Part shown: in pieces, positions 9,937 through 20,573 of the stretch | How positions within the stretch are numbered: position 1 is the first letter of the stretch | Layout: each line of letters opens with the position of its first letter | Origin: Ignavibacteriales bacterium | Lineage (GTDB): Bacteria; Bacteroidota; Ignavibacteria; UBA10030; UBA6906 | Length of the DNA: 60,030 nt | Assembly (NCBI GenBank): GCA_037441705.1 | Contig: JBBIRR010000026.1 | Span: forward strand, 1-60,030 | Direction: 5' to 3' | Notes under the pieces: model-generated | What the model was told of the DNA's origin: nothing | The model's database searches: none | The model's input: only the letters and a program-made list of their open reading frames with translations | Position numbers and translations under genes: made by a program

Positions 9937-12807
9937 TCAACGCAGGAATAGCAGCTTCCGCGTAGCAACAAAAGATGCGCTCTCGAGGCGATACAGATAC
10001 ACGCCGCTTGCCAATGATGTGGCATCGAACTTCACGGCATAGCTTCCTGCCTCCAGCACACCGCTCACCAACGTTGCGACTTCGCGGCCGAGGAGGTCGA
10101 ACACCTTCAGCGTTGTGTTTCCCGACCTCGGCAGATTGAACGCGATGGTCGTTGTCGGATTGAACGGATTGGGATAGTTTTGTTCGAGCGCATAGACGTC
10201 CGGAATGCCCGCGCCGATCGGGCGGACATCCAACGAACCGACGGAATCGGTTCGCATGACAAGGGTTTGAATGCCGGCAAGACCCATCGGCCCGATGCGC
10301 GTGCCGAAGGCCGTTGTCGTGTCAATCACAATCAGCGTGTCGATTTGCGACGCCGTCCCCTTGATGCCGTACAGCTTCCCCGTTGCGTCGAACGCAATGT
10401 CCGGTGTAATGTTGCCGCCTCCCGTGCTGCCGACTTCTGTTGCTGCGCCTGTGGTGGTGTTCACTTTGTAGATCTTGTCACGATTGGCGATCGGGGGACG
10501 GACGGATGCCCACAACACTCCGGTGATGGGATTGAGCGAGAAGCCGGAGTACACGATGCCGCTCGCCGTGCCGATAAATGTCGTATCGCCTGTCGTGATG
10601 TTGATGCGATAGAGGCGCCCGGTATTGGAACCGGCGTAGAGCGATCCGTCGCTGGCAAAGGCGATCGCGCGAATGTTCCCCAATGGGATGGTTCGGACCG
10701 GCAATGCGTCGCCGTAGGCACTGCTGATGCGATAGAGCTGTGTGGACAGCCCGCCCGTGATGACGCCGTACATCTCACGCGACGTGGGGTGGATTGCAAG
10801 GCCGTGCACATCGCTCAAGCCGGTTGCGCCCAGCAATGTTGCCGCGCCGGTGGTGGTGTTAATGCGGTAGAGAGCGCTCGTCGCCGGCGGCCCTGAAGCA
10901 CCGTACAGGATGCCGGCAGCTGCGCGCCCGATCACCACGCCTTTGCCCGTAAGCGGTATCCTGAGCGTGGGATTCGTCGCGTCGTTGCTGGCAATGCGGA
11001 TCGTATCGTTGACAACGCCGTGATCCGTCGGACGGAAGAACACTTTGAATTTGATCGAGTCGAACGATGTCAGCGTCACCGGAAGCGTCGGGAGATTCAA
11101 CAGCGTGTAGGCGGCCTGACTCTTCGTTATGCTGGAGATGACGAGATTGTCTGTACCGATGTTGTTGATTTTGATTTCCAGCGTGTCGCTGGAGCTCGTC
11201 GCTTCGATACGACCAAAGTCCCGCGACGCAACACTGCTGAAGATCCGTACACCGCTGTACGGAACGAACCGCGTGCCGTGGACCCACACTGCAAACTGAT
11301 TTGTGGCGGCGGCATATTCCGTGAGGAACCAGATGTTGTTCCTGTCGGCCGGATCGAGTGCAGCCCCCATGTAATCTCCCCATCGGTTGCGTCCGCTTCC
11401 CAGCACCACGTAGTTGCCTGCACCCGCTCGCATCAGTTCGGTCGGTCGGAATGTTCCGGGCAGGTCGCTGGCAAGACGCCAGGTGAAGTACGCACCGGCA
11501 TACTCGGTATCGCCCGAGCGAGAGAACGTGATGCCGATGTTGTTATTCTGATCGACAGCAAGCGCCGGGTAGAAATGCCAGTAGCCCAGGGCACCCATCG
11601 CAGCGTCTTCGAGCGTCGTGTTGAGCGGTGTATAGATGCGCACGTAGCGGATTGCGCTGTAGCCCTGATTGTTGATCGAGTGCGCTGCCCAGAGGGAACT
11701 ATCGCGATAGATCGGCTCGTGGCGGATGCGGGAACCGCCTGCCTCAATAGCCTGGCCACCCCCAAGCTGTCCGGCGTTGGGAGCGTTTGACCAGGCCGTG
11801 ACCGGAACGTGAACGCACGAGATGGACGGCGTTCCCAGCGGATTGGTGATGCGATAGAGCGCGAAGTACGTCCCGCTGGTCAGCGAGGGCGGTCCCAACA
11901 CGTAATACTCATTCGGGTTGGAAAGAACAATCGCCGGCCGTATGCCGTCAACATCATTGCTAAAGTTGTCGCGCATCGCCCAGAAATCCCACCACGATAC
12001 CGGTCCCGGCGTTGAACCGAGGAATTGCTGCTTCGGCAGGACGCGCACAGCATTACCGAAATAGCCGCTGACAAATCCGAAATGGCGCCCGACAATGTAG
12101 TAGGCATTCGCATCATAGCCGATGCCGGGATAGTCCTGCCACGTGCCGCTGTTGGAAGAGCCGTACACATTCGACGGCATCGCCCAATTAAACCAAATGC
12201 CCAACGGATTATCATCGTCGGAGACGGAAATCAAGAAGTACGAAGTCTGTGTTGATTCGAACAGATTATCCCACAACATCACCCAGCGGTTGACGTGGAA
12301 ATCGTAGAACACTTTCGGATCGAAGGGTCCTGAGTTCGGCAGCACGTTGTTGAACCAGGCATTGGCACTGATCGTCTTGAGCGTGTTCCCATTCTTGTCG
12401 CTGATGCGGAACGACGAGTTGACCAGATGCATGATGTGATTCGGGCCGACGGCGATGATCGGATCGGGCGGGAAGCCGCTGGTCTGATTGTTTCCCTGAA
12501 AGCTTGCGATCGTAATCGGCGGTGGGCCGGGAGGGAACGCGTTGCCGCGCACGGAGAGATCTTCGAAGTAGTTGGAGCCTTCCGGCCCTGTCGGCGGCGG
12601 CATGTTGGGCGGCGGCGGCTGCAAGGGAACTTCGGGATGGACATGGAACCGAATCGGTCCGGGCGGCTCGGGGTAGTCCGAAAAATTGTCGGTGTTGGCA
12701 ACAGCGCCCCCACTGATCGAACCCTGCGCGGGACCTTGCGCAATCTGAGCAAGGCTTACTCCTGCACACATGACAAGAAGGAAGAGAAGCGTAACAAAAT
12801 GCCTCAT
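9937..12807 (-). CDS. Secreted multidomain protein (propeller-like domain, Ig-like domain, second propeller) with T9SS C-terminal sorting domain
   Basis: Signal peptide; PPDPIIAVGPNH...RWGDY domain; ASH/choice-of-anchor-D-like IASNDATNP; YxINTTTGAAT repeats; LEQNYPNPFNPTT...KVFDLLGREV...SGVYLYRL C-terminal domain. Confidence 0.85.
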   Translation of the reverse strand: MRHFVTLLFLLVMCAGVSLAQIAQGPAQGSISGGAVANTDNFSDYPEPPGPIRFHVHPEVPLQPPPPNMPPPTGPEGSNYFEDLSVRGNAFPPGPPPITIASFQGNNQTSGFPPDPIIAVGPNHIMHLVNSSFRISDKNGNTLKTISANAWFNNVLPNSGPFDPKVFYDFHVNRWVMLWDNLFESTQTSYFLISVSDDDNPLGIWFNWAMPSNVYGSSNSGTWQDYPGIGYDANAYYIVGRHFGFVSGYFGNAVRVLPKQQFLGSTPGPVSWWDFWAMRDNFSNDVDGIRPAIVLSNPNEYYVLGPPSLTSGTYFALYRITNPLGTPSISCVHVPVTAWSNAPNAGQLGGGQAIEAGGSRIRHEPIYRDSSLWAAHSINNQGYSAIRYVRIYTPLNTTLEDAAMGALGYWHFYPALAVDQNNNIGITFSRSGDTEYAGAYFTWRLASDLPGTFRPTELMRAGAGNYVVLGSGRNRWGDYMGAALDPADRNNIWFLTEYAAATNQFAVWVHGTRFVPYSGVRIFSSVASRDFGRIEATSSSDTLEIKINNIGTDNLVISSITKSQAAYTLLNLPTLPVTLTSFDSIKFKVFFRPTDHGVVNDTIRIASNDATNPTLRIPLTGKGVVIGRAAAGILYGASGPPATSALYRINTTTGAATLLGATGLSDVHGLAIHPTSREMYGVITGGLSTQLYRISSAYGDALPVRTIPLGNIRAIAFASDGSLYAGSNTGRLYRINITTGDTTFIGTASGIVYSGFSLNPITGVLWASVRPPIANRDKIYKVNTTTGAATEVGSTGGGNITPDIAFDATGKLYGIKGTASQIDTLIVIDTTTAFGTRIGPMGLAGIQTLVMRTDSVGSLDVRPIGAGIPDVYALEQNYPNPFNPTTTIAFNLPRSGNTTLKVFDLLGREVATLVSGVLEAGSYAVKFDATSLASGVYLYRLESASFVATRKLLFLR

Positions 12808-12914
12808 GGCACGACTCCGCTGGATGTTAATTGGGTTAGTGATTCTCGATTGTTCGACAGGAGAGAGATTTACTCAAGGGTAAGGCTTCTGGACAAAATG
12901 TGCAAGCACGTCGG

Positions 12915-14093
12915 TTAAGATTCTTGACGCTGTTCCAATTCCTTCATCAACTCCCTCTGCACGTCCAGAACGGGACGGCCGAGCGTCTCGGCAATGCGTT
13001 TGCATTCTTCGAACTCGGGCGTGAGCACTTCCTTCCCATTGCGTAGGACTGCCTTCGCGCGCACGATTCCGAATTGCGTTTGCACCTGAACTTCGCGCCG
13101 GGGCAGCTTGCGCCGTCCAATCTCCTGAATGCGCAACCCGAGTGTCGACGTTTGTGTGTAGATGATCTGCACCACCGCGTCAAGCTTCGACTTCTCCACC
13201 ATCACCGACAGCAGAATCCCCGGTCTTCCTTTCTTCATGATGATGGGAATGAGATACGCATCATGCGCGCCGGCCGCAAGCAATTTCTCGATAAGGTAGG
13301 GATAGACTTGCGGGTTCATGTCGTCAATGTTCGTCTCGACCGTAACAATACGTTCCTGCTCGGTCTGCGCTTCTATCTGACCAATGATCACCCGCAAGAG
13401 ATTGGGGGTGTGCGCGAACTCCTTCGTGCCGGCTCCGTACCCGACCGCCTCCACCTTGATGATCTCGTCGCTCAACACGCCTGCGGAAAGCGCCTTCACG
13501 ATAGCAGCACCTGTGGGCGTTGTGAGTTCTTCAGGGATGTCGGTCAGAATTGTCGGGTAGCCTTTCAGGATTTCCACAGTTGCGGGCGCGGGCGTCGGCA
13601 TCGTGCCGTGCTGCGTGGCGATGCGTCCACCGCTGCCCAAACGGACCGGCGAGGTGTAGACGCGCTCGATGCCAAACTTCTCCAGGCAAATCGCCACCCC
13701 GACGATGTCCACGATGGAGTCCAGCGCCCCGACTTCGTGAAAGTGAATCTTCTCCGGCGTAGAGTTGTGAATTCTGGCCTCCGCTTCGCCGATCACCCGA
13801 AAGATGGACTTCGCGACCTCCTTGACCCGCGCGGAAAGTCCGCTCGAATCAATGATTGCGTTAATGTCTTTCAGATGGCGGTGATAGTGCGGCGTATGAG
13901 AAATCGCAACATCAATATGAACTGCGCTGATCGAGCTGCGCATCACGTGGCTGCCGATCAGCTCGAAGCCTTCCAGCGGAAGCTTCTTGAGTTCACGCTG
14001 GAGCTCGTCCAGCGAAAGTCCGGCGCTGACAAATGCTGCCAGGGTCATATCACCGGCAATGCCGGCAACGGTGTCGAGATAGGCGATGGTCAT
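12915..14093 (-). CDS. larC: Nickel pincer cofactor biosynthesis protein LarC
   Basis: GIAGDM, His-rich patch, AEARIH...HFHEVGALDSIVD, TPTGAA, ETNIDD and MKKGRPG. Confidence 0.93.
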   Translation of the reverse strand: MTIAYLDTVAGIAGDMTLAAFVSAGLSLDELQRELKKLPLEGFELIGSHVMRSSISAVHIDVAISHTPHYHRHLKDINAIIDSSGLSARVKEVAKSIFRVIGEAEARIHNSTPEKIHFHEVGALDSIVDIVGVAICLEKFGIERVYTSPVRLGSGGRIATQHGTMPTPAPATVEILKGYPTILTDIPEELTTPTGAAIVKALSAGVLSDEIIKVEAVGYGAGTKEFAHTPNLLRVIIGQIEAQTEQERIVTVETNIDDMNPQVYPYLIEKLLAAGAHDAYLIPIIMKKGRPGILLSVMVEKSKLDAVVQIIYTQTSTLGLRIQEIGRRKLPRREVQVQTQFGIVRAKAVLRNGKEVLTPEFEECKRIAETLGRPVLDVQRELMKELEQRQES

Positions 14094-14178
14094 GCTGTTC
14101 GAGTTGGTGTTTGAAAAAGTGCAAGAGTGTCATTGAGATTCATGCGAAACCGTCCGGCCTGCGTGCGCTGTGCATTGA

Positions 14179-15456
14179 TCAAAGATACCGTTCCAGATGC
14201 ATCAGAAACCGTTCTGTTGCTCCGACATTCTGCCGCACAAACTCGCCTGCCGCGCTGCCTGCCTGCATGCGGAGCTGGTCGTTCGATATCAGAAGGCGAA
14301 GGGTTTCGTGCAACGCTGCGGCGTTCTCCACCACAAATCCTCCTCCTCGTTGTGCGAGCGTCACCGCTTCTTGCGAGTTCTTGTGCCGCGGGCCGTACAC
14401 GACGGGTATTCCGTACACCGCCGCCTCAAGCACATTGTGCACGTTCTGCTTGAATCCCCCACCAATATACGCAACATGGGCATAGCGGTACAGTGCCATC
14501 AGGATTCCGATACTATCAACGATGATCACCGGTTCGCCGCAATAGTCGTTCAGCGCCGAGAACCGTATGTTTGCGATCCCCTGCAGGTCGGCTTCCAACT
14601 CTTCGAGATGCTCGAGCGTCGGTTCGTGCGGCGCGATGATGAACAGGAGGTTCGCGTCGCTTTCCCGCAGCTTCCGCAATGCCGGCACCAACACTGCTTC
14701 ATCTTCCGGCCAGCTGCTTCCTGCCACAATCACTTTCTTGTTGTGAAGAATGGATTCGGCGATGAGATGCCGCTTCTTCGCTTCGATGCTGCGAATGCTG
14801 ACCTGATCGTAGCGCGTATCGCCGATCGGTTCGACGACGGGCGTGTGGAGGTTGAACAGAGCAAACGCTTCGGCATCGTCGGGTGAAACGGTGAGGATGT
14901 TATTGATGGCATCATACACGTGAAAATGAAACTGACGCACCAACGGCAGCAGGCGCCTGCTGGTCATGCGCATCGTGGCGTTGGCAATGAGAATCGGGAT
15001 GCCGCGGCGGTGCAGTTCCCACACATGGTTCGGCCACACATCATACCGAATGATGACTGCACAATCCGGCGTCGTGAGGTCCAGAAAGCGTCGTGCGTTG
15101 CGCGGCGTGTCGAACGGCAGATAGCTCACCACATCCGCCAGCGGATACCGGCGGGAATGTTCATACCCCGACGGCGAGAAGAACGTCACGATGACGCGCA
15201 CCTGTGGGCGCCGCCGCTTCAACTCCGCGATGATGGGCTTGGCCTGCTCGAACTCACCCAGCGACGAGGCATGAAACCAGACGCGTGTGCCGGAGGATAG
15301 ATTCCGCGCAACCTGGCTCTCTAACAACGCGAACAGCCGTCGGCGGCCGCGGATGCCGCGCCGAACCTTGCGTTTCGCCAGGCCGAGCAGGTGAATCACC
15401 AGCCACAGCGGCGGCAACACGCCGTAGGTGTAAACAAATTGCCAGAAGGATTTCAT
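14179..15456 (-). CDS. waaA: 3-deoxy-D-manno-octulosonic acid transferase
   Basis: WFHASSLGE, TFFSPSG, YLPFD, GDTRYD and HNVLEAA. Start overlaps the upstream GT9 stop (ATGA). Confidence 0.93.
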   Translation of the reverse strand: MKSFWQFVYTYGVLPPLWLVIHLLGLAKRKVRRGIRGRRRLFALLESQVARNLSSGTRVWFHASSLGEFEQAKPIIAELKRRRPQVRVIVTFFSPSGYEHSRRYPLADVVSYLPFDTPRNARRFLDLTTPDCAVIIRYDVWPNHVWELHRRGIPILIANATMRMTSRRLLPLVRQFHFHVYDAINNILTVSPDDAEAFALFNLHTPVVEPIGDTRYDQVSIRSIEAKKRHLIAESILHNKKVIVAGSSWPEDEAVLVPALRKLRESDANLLFIIAPHEPTLEHLEELEADLQGIANIRFSALNDYCGEPVIIVDSIGILMALYRYAHVAYIGGGFKQNVHNVLEAAVYGIPVVYGPRHKNSQEAVTLAQRGGGFVVENAAALHETLRLLISNDQLRMQAGSAAGEFVRQNVGATERFLMHLERYL

Positions 15457-16514
15457 GCGTGCTCCTGAGAGAGCAGGGTATGAGCGGCGCCAAGAACCTC
15501 TCGGGCGGTGATCTCGTTCATGCACTTGAAGTGTTTCTTCGGGCAGGCCGGCAAGCCGATGTGTGTGCACGGACGGCAGGGCAACCCTGCGCGCTCAAGC
15601 ACGATGCTGCGCGTCCCCCACGGAAAGAATCCCAGTTCTCTCACCGTCGGACCGAATAGGGCGACCACCGGACGCTTGCGCGCCGCAGCCATGTGCATCA
15701 GACCGGAATCGTTCGTTACCACGATGAGGCATCTCTCCATGGCGATTGCCGTTTCGGCGAGCGAAAGACGCCCGGCAAGATTTACCACGCGCACATCCGG
15801 GGACGCAGTCTCCATCCGGGCGGTGATTGCTTCGCAGCGCGCTCGTTCACGATCGGAGCCGAAGAGAAGAACGGGACGGCGGTAGGTCTTGCCCAGCTCG
15901 CTTCCCACCTCCGCGAAGCGTTCCGCCGGCCACATCTTGTTGGCGTGGTTGGCCGAAGGACAGATGCCGATGAATCGCTCGGCAGGTGGGAATTGTGCCG
16001 CCAGGACACGTCCCACATTCATTGCGTCCTTTTCATCAACGAAGAGATCAAGCCCCTTGCCGTCATCTTCCACGCCGAACGATCGCGCCGTTTCCAGATA
16101 GCGCAGCGCCACGCTCGGCGCGCCGCCGCAGCGACCGTACACATTGATCTTGAACTTCACCAGCAGAAACCGGGCAAGCTTTCGTTTGTTGACACGGTGA
16201 ACATTCGCCGCACCCGCGCAGAGGTAGCGACTGCGAAGACTGTCGTGAATATCGAACATCGCGTCGTAGCCCGTCCGCACAATACGACAGCGTAAACGCC
16301 TCAGGTCGGCGAAGCCTCCGCCGCGCGGGAATGCGATCACGGTGTTGATGTACGGATTGTATCGCACCAGGTCGGCGAATTCCTCCTTCACCACAAAATC
16401 AATCTGACTTGACGGAAACCGGGAGCGGAGCGCACGCACGAGAAGTGATGAAAGAACAATGTCGCCGACGGAACTGAATCGAATGATAAGTGCTCTGTTC
16501 AACGAGGAGGTCAT
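15453..16514 (-). CDS. Glycosyltransferase family 9 (LPS heptosyltransferase II-like)
   Basis: IRFSSVGDIVL, KMWP, NDSGLMHMAAA, LFGPT and CRPC motifs. Confidence 0.9.
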   Translation of the reverse strand: MTSSLNRALIIRFSSVGDIVLSSLLVRALRSRFPSSQIDFVVKEEFADLVRYNPYINTVIAFPRGGGFADLRRLRCRIVRTGYDAMFDIHDSLRSRYLCAGAANVHRVNKRKLARFLLVKFKINVYGRCGGAPSVALRYLETARSFGVEDDGKGLDLFVDEKDAMNVGRVLAAQFPPAERFIGICPSANHANKMWPAERFAEVGSELGKTYRRPVLLFGSDRERARCEAITARMETASPDVRVVNLAGRLSLAETAIAMERCLIVVTNDSGLMHMAAARKRPVVALFGPTVRELGFFPWGTRSIVLERAGLPCRPCTHIGLPACPKKHFKCMNEITAREVLGAAHTLLSQEHA

Positions 16515-16673
16515 GATGCGGACTCATTCTACCAAAAACGCCACGCAATTGCAACGAAGCAAGGATGACGCGACGCTTTCTCCATTGCATTTTCTTTTTC
16601 AGGATAATTTTCTACTTTTGACCGCGGCGGAGGGAAGTTACATCCGCTGTTCAGCAGAAATGCTACGAGGTCG

Positions 16674-19600
16674 GTGTTCATTCTGCGTACCACCTGCCAC
16701 TCAGGGGAACTCTTGCTTCAGAACCAGATACGCCACATCCGGGCATGTGCCCTGCATGTCGTTCTTCCGATTGTGTCGTTGGCGCAGCCTGTCGCGTTTC
16801 CGCTCGATCATATTACGACCGATCAAGGGCTTTCGCACAACACCATCACGTGCATCATGCAGGACGCTCGCGGCTTCGTGTGGATCGGAACGATTGATGG
16901 ATTGAACCGCTTCGACGGCTCCTCTGCGCGTGTCTACCGACATCATGCATCCGACACCAGCTCTCTTTCCAGCAGTTTCATTCACAACGTCACCGAAGAT
17001 CGCAGCGGCCGTCTGTGGGTAGCGACGCGCGACGGTGGATTGAATCTCTTCGACCCGCACACAGGGCGAGCGACGCGCTTCCGACACAATGCACACGATA
17101 GCACGTCCATCGCCATAGACAAAGTCGGTACGCTGTTCGAGGATTCGCGGGGACGGCTTTGGGTCACCACCGATGCGGGGCTGTGCAGATTCGATCCGGC
17201 CACCGGTCGCTTTGCGCGCTTCACTCACCGCCCGAATGATCCTTCTTCACTCAGCAGCAGTCAGCTTACGGGGTTGTGCGAAGACCCTGACGGTACGCTC
17301 TGGATCGCAACGGACGACGGCCTGAACCGGTTCGATCCCGAGACGGGAAGGTCTGTTCGCTACATGACGGCTTCCAACCTCCCCGGCGCGCCGCGATTGA
17401 ACACGCTGCTCGGTGTGCTGATCGCGCGCGACGGTACGCTGTGGATTGGAACACGAACCAAGGGATTGTTTCTCCTGAATAGATCAACCGGCGTTTTCAC
17501 CCATTTGCCGGCCGCGCCTGATGATGCACGAAGGCCGTCCAGCACCTACATCTCGCCGTCGTTTGAAGATGCAGACGGAACGATCTGGTTCGGCTCGCAT
17601 GATGGAGTGCAGGTGTACGATCCGGCAACAGGCATCTTTCATAAGCTGCGCGCCGGGCTGTCATCGCGTACTTCGCTCTCTCACAGTAACGTCAGTACGC
17701 TTCTTCTCGACAGTGTCGGTGACGTGTGGATTGGAACATGGGGAGGAGGCGTGAACAAGCTCGCGCGGCGGAGGCATAAATTCCAACCGTACTCCACCAG
17801 AACACACGAGGGGCTCCTTCCGAACGATTTCATTCTTGCGTTCCACAAAGATCGCGCGGGAACGCTTTGGGTTGCCACTTCGACGGGTCTCGCCAGGATC
17901 GCAGCGTGGAATGCAAAGACGATGAGGTCTCGCCATCTGCTGCCCGGTGTGGGATTGTGGTCGCTCGCTGAAGGTCCCGACTCCACGATCTGGGTCGGCT
18001 GCGATAGGGAAGGAATCGCAGTTCTCCGACGCGACGGCTCGATTGTGCGATTCATGAAGCATGCAGCCGGCGATTCCACAACGCCGGCAGAGAACACCGT
18101 GCGCGCACTCTTCCGCGATAGCAAAGGCCGCATCTGGGCGGGCACGCAGACGCACGGCATCAACTGCTACGACCCGACCGTACGCCGTTGGAAGCGTTCT
18201 CCGTTTTACGGCGTGGACGAGTGCGCCATGAACAACGAATTGGTCTGGGCGATCAACGAAGATCACCAGGGGCGCTTGTGGGTCGGGACGTACGCGGGAG
18301 GGCTTGGCGTGTTCGATGAACGCGCGCGAACGTTCACGATCTACCGCCATGATCCTCAGGATTCCTCGTCGCTGCCTTCGAACGATGTCCGTTCGATTTG
18401 CGTGACTCGAACAGGCGAAGTGTGGGTCGGCACATACGGCGGGGGCATTTGTAAGTTCACCAACGCTTCGTTCGTCCGCGTCACTGAACGCGATGGTCTC
18501 GCCAACAATTTTGTGTACGGGATTCTCGAAGACGACGCGGGCAATCTCTGGATCAGCACGAACAGGGGGCTATCCCGCTACACACCCGGCACGAGAACCT
18601 TTCGCACCTACTCAGCGCGTGATGGGTTGCAGAGCGATGAATTCAACACGGGCGCCTACAGCAAGAGTTTCGATGGAGAGTTTTTCTTTGGTGGTGTCGC
18701 AGGCTTCAACGCGTTCCGCCCGGATGCCATTCGCGACAACACGCACGTACCGCCGATCGCCCTTCTTTCCTTCAAAGTCTTCGACGTCGAAAAAATAAAT
18801 CGCATCGATGGCAACCATGCGATTCGTTTGACACACAACGAGAATTTCCTCTCGTTCGAATTTGCAGCGTTGGATTTCGTGGACCCGCAGCGCAACCAGT
18901 ACGCGTACAAGTTGGAAGGGTTCGATGCGGATTGGGTGCATGTGGGCGCGCGTCGCTTCGGCACCTACACCAATCTTGATCCCGGCGAGTACGTCCTGCG
19001 TATCAAAGGATCGAACAGCGATGGGGTCTGGAATGAAGAGGGCGTACGCCTGGTCATTACCATTGTGCCGCCGTTCTGGATGACGCCGTGGTTCCGGGCG
19101 CTTACGATCGCGGCGGCTGTGGCACTGGTTGGCGCCACCGTTCGCTTCATCGCTACGCGGCGGTTGAAGGAACGCCTGCGGGAGTTGGAAAAGCAGCAAG
19201 CCTTGCAGCAGGAGCGGGAACGAATCTCTCGCGATTTGCATGACCACGTCGGTGCGCAGCTCTCGTCCATCATCACAGGCCTGGAGCTTGCCGAACGGGC
19301 GCAACGGAAACCGGAACATCACGAGAACAGCAGTCTCATCGCGACGTTGCGCGACGAAGCACGAGTGACAATGGCCCAGCTTCGAGAAACCATCTGGGCG
19401 CTCGGGAAAACGTCCATGACCGTGAAGGAGTTGTTCGAAAGCATCGAGGCGTACGCCAAACAGCGTGTTCAGCATCGCTCGACCCCACGGCTGCACTTCG
19501 TCTGCGCATGCACAACCGACGTGACGCTCTCCCCCATTCAGGTGCTGCATCTCTACCGCATCGCACAAGAGGCGCTGAACAACGCGCTGAAACACGCACG

Positions 19601-19829
19601 CGCCTCGAACATCACGATCACGATGCAGACCGAGGAGCGAACGCTGACGCTGCGCGTCCAGGATGACGGCAGGACGCAACGCACGCGCCCTGCGGACGAA
19701 TTTGCCGGCAGAGGCTTGCTCAACATGGAACGCCGCGCGACGGAATTACAGGGGAGTTTCCAATTTATTCAGAACAAAGGCACAACGGTCGAAGTGCGCG
19801 TTCCTCTTACGCCAGAATACCACAAGTGA
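16674..19829 (+). CDS. Periplasmic beta-propeller sensor histidine kinase (Reg_prop repeats, Y_Y_Y, HisKA_3, HATPase)
   Basis: Many EDxxGxLWIGT repeats, YAYKLEGFD...YTNLDPGEY, a TM helix, ERERISRDLHDHVG and QEALNNALKH. Confidence 0.92.
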   Translation: MFILRTTCHSGELLLQNQIRHIRACALHVVLPIVSLAQPVAFPLDHITTDQGLSHNTITCIMQDARGFVWIGTIDGLNRFDGSSARVYRHHASDTSSLSSSFIHNVTEDRSGRLWVATRDGGLNLFDPHTGRATRFRHNAHDSTSIAIDKVGTLFEDSRGRLWVTTDAGLCRFDPATGRFARFTHRPNDPSSLSSSQLTGLCEDPDGTLWIATDDGLNRFDPETGRSVRYMTASNLPGAPRLNTLLGVLIARDGTLWIGTRTKGLFLLNRSTGVFTHLPAAPDDARRPSSTYISPSFEDADGTIWFGSHDGVQVYDPATGIFHKLRAGLSSRTSLSHSNVSTLLLDSVGDVWIGTWGGGVNKLARRRHKFQPYSTRTHEGLLPNDFILAFHKDRAGTLWVATSTGLARIAAWNAKTMRSRHLLPGVGLWSLAEGPDSTIWVGCDREGIAVLRRDGSIVRFMKHAAGDSTTPAENTVRALFRDSKGRIWAGTQTHGINCYDPTVRRWKRSPFYGVDECAMNNELVWAINEDHQGRLWVGTYAGGLGVFDERARTFTIYRHDPQDSSSLPSNDVRSICVTRTGEVWVGTYGGGICKFTNASFVRVTERDGLANNFVYGILEDDAGNLWISTNRGLSRYTPGTRTFRTYSARDGLQSDEFNTGAYSKSFDGEFFFGGVAGFNAFRPDAIRDNTHVPPIALLSFKVFDVEKINRIDGNHAIRLTHNENFLSFEFAALDFVDPQRNQYAYKLEGFDADWVHVGARRFGTYTNLDPGEYVLRIKGSNSDGVWNEEGVRLVITIVPPFWMTPWFRALTIAAAVALVGATVRFIATRRLKERLRELEKQQALQQERERISRDLHDHVGAQLSSIITGLELAERAQRKPEHHENSSLIATLRDEARVTMAQLRETIWALGKTSMTVKELFESIEAYAKQRVQHRSTPRLHFVCACTTDVTLSPIQVLHLYRIAQEALNNALKHARASNITITMQTEERTLTLRVQDDGRTQRTRPADEFAGRGLLNMERRATELQGSFQFIQNKGTTVEVRVPLTPEYHK

Positions 19830-19884
19830 GGTATTGTTTGCGAACCGGTTATCACCCACATTGTTCCATCCACTGCAGGGCATC

Positions 19885-20550
19885 ATGCGCATCTCGCTTG
19901 TCGAAGACAATCCCACACTGAGGAAGCGTTTCGAAGAATGCCTTCGCCTCTATGGGAACATCGAGCTGGTTGGTTCGTACGCAACGGGCGAAGCGGCACT
20001 CAACGCCATCAAGCGGATGCCGCCGAGCAAGCTTCCGCAGATTGTTTTGATGGACATCGAGCTGCCGAAAATGTCGGGTATCGAAGCGACACAGAAACTC
20101 AAGGAGGAGTTCCCCGACATCGAGGTGATGATGTTGACCGTGTTCGAAGATGAGGAGAAGATTCTCCAATCCATTCAGGCGGGGGCATCCGGGTATCTGC
20201 TCAAGGATGAATCGCCCGACGCCCTTGTCGCCGCCCTGGATGAATGCCTGCGCGGCGGGGCGCCCATCTCGCAATCGCTCGCGCGCAAAGTCCTGGGTTT
20301 GCTGCGAACACCGCCGGAAAACTCCTCCGCTCAACATGTCGCGTCCACAACGCAAGCGCTCGAACTGAGCGAGCGAGAGATTGACTTATTGCGCGGCCTG
20401 GTCGAAGGCGAAACCTACGTCACCCTTGCACAGCGCTTCTTCATCAGTCCTCACACCGTCCGCACGCATATTCGAAACATCTACCGCAAGCTTCACGTCC
20501 ACACGCGTGCTCACGCTGTGCGCGTGGCCCTTCAAAAACGCATCGTGTAA
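19885..20550 (+). CDS. NarL/LuxR-family response regulator
   Basis: VEDN, LMDIELP, GASGYLLK and C-terminal LSERE...ISPHTVRTHIRNIYRKL HTH. Confidence 0.93.
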   Translation: MRISLVEDNPTLRKRFEECLRLYGNIELVGSYATGEAALNAIKRMPPSKLPQIVLMDIELPKMSGIEATQKLKEEFPDIEVMMLTVFEDEEKILQSIQAGASGYLLKDESPDALVAALDECLRGGAPISQSLARKVLGLLRTPPENSSAQHVASTTQALELSEREIDLLRGLVEGETYVTLAQRFFISPHTVRTHIRNIYRKLHVHTRAHAVRVALQKRIV

Positions 20551-20573
20551 TCGTCCCCTGCTTGGTAGCGTCT

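Noticed and set aside
19655-19730. Sensor kinase G1 box reads DDGRT rather than DxGxG
   Set aside because: The H-box, N-box and GRGLLNM G2 box are intact. A single deviation is too weak to call it inactive.
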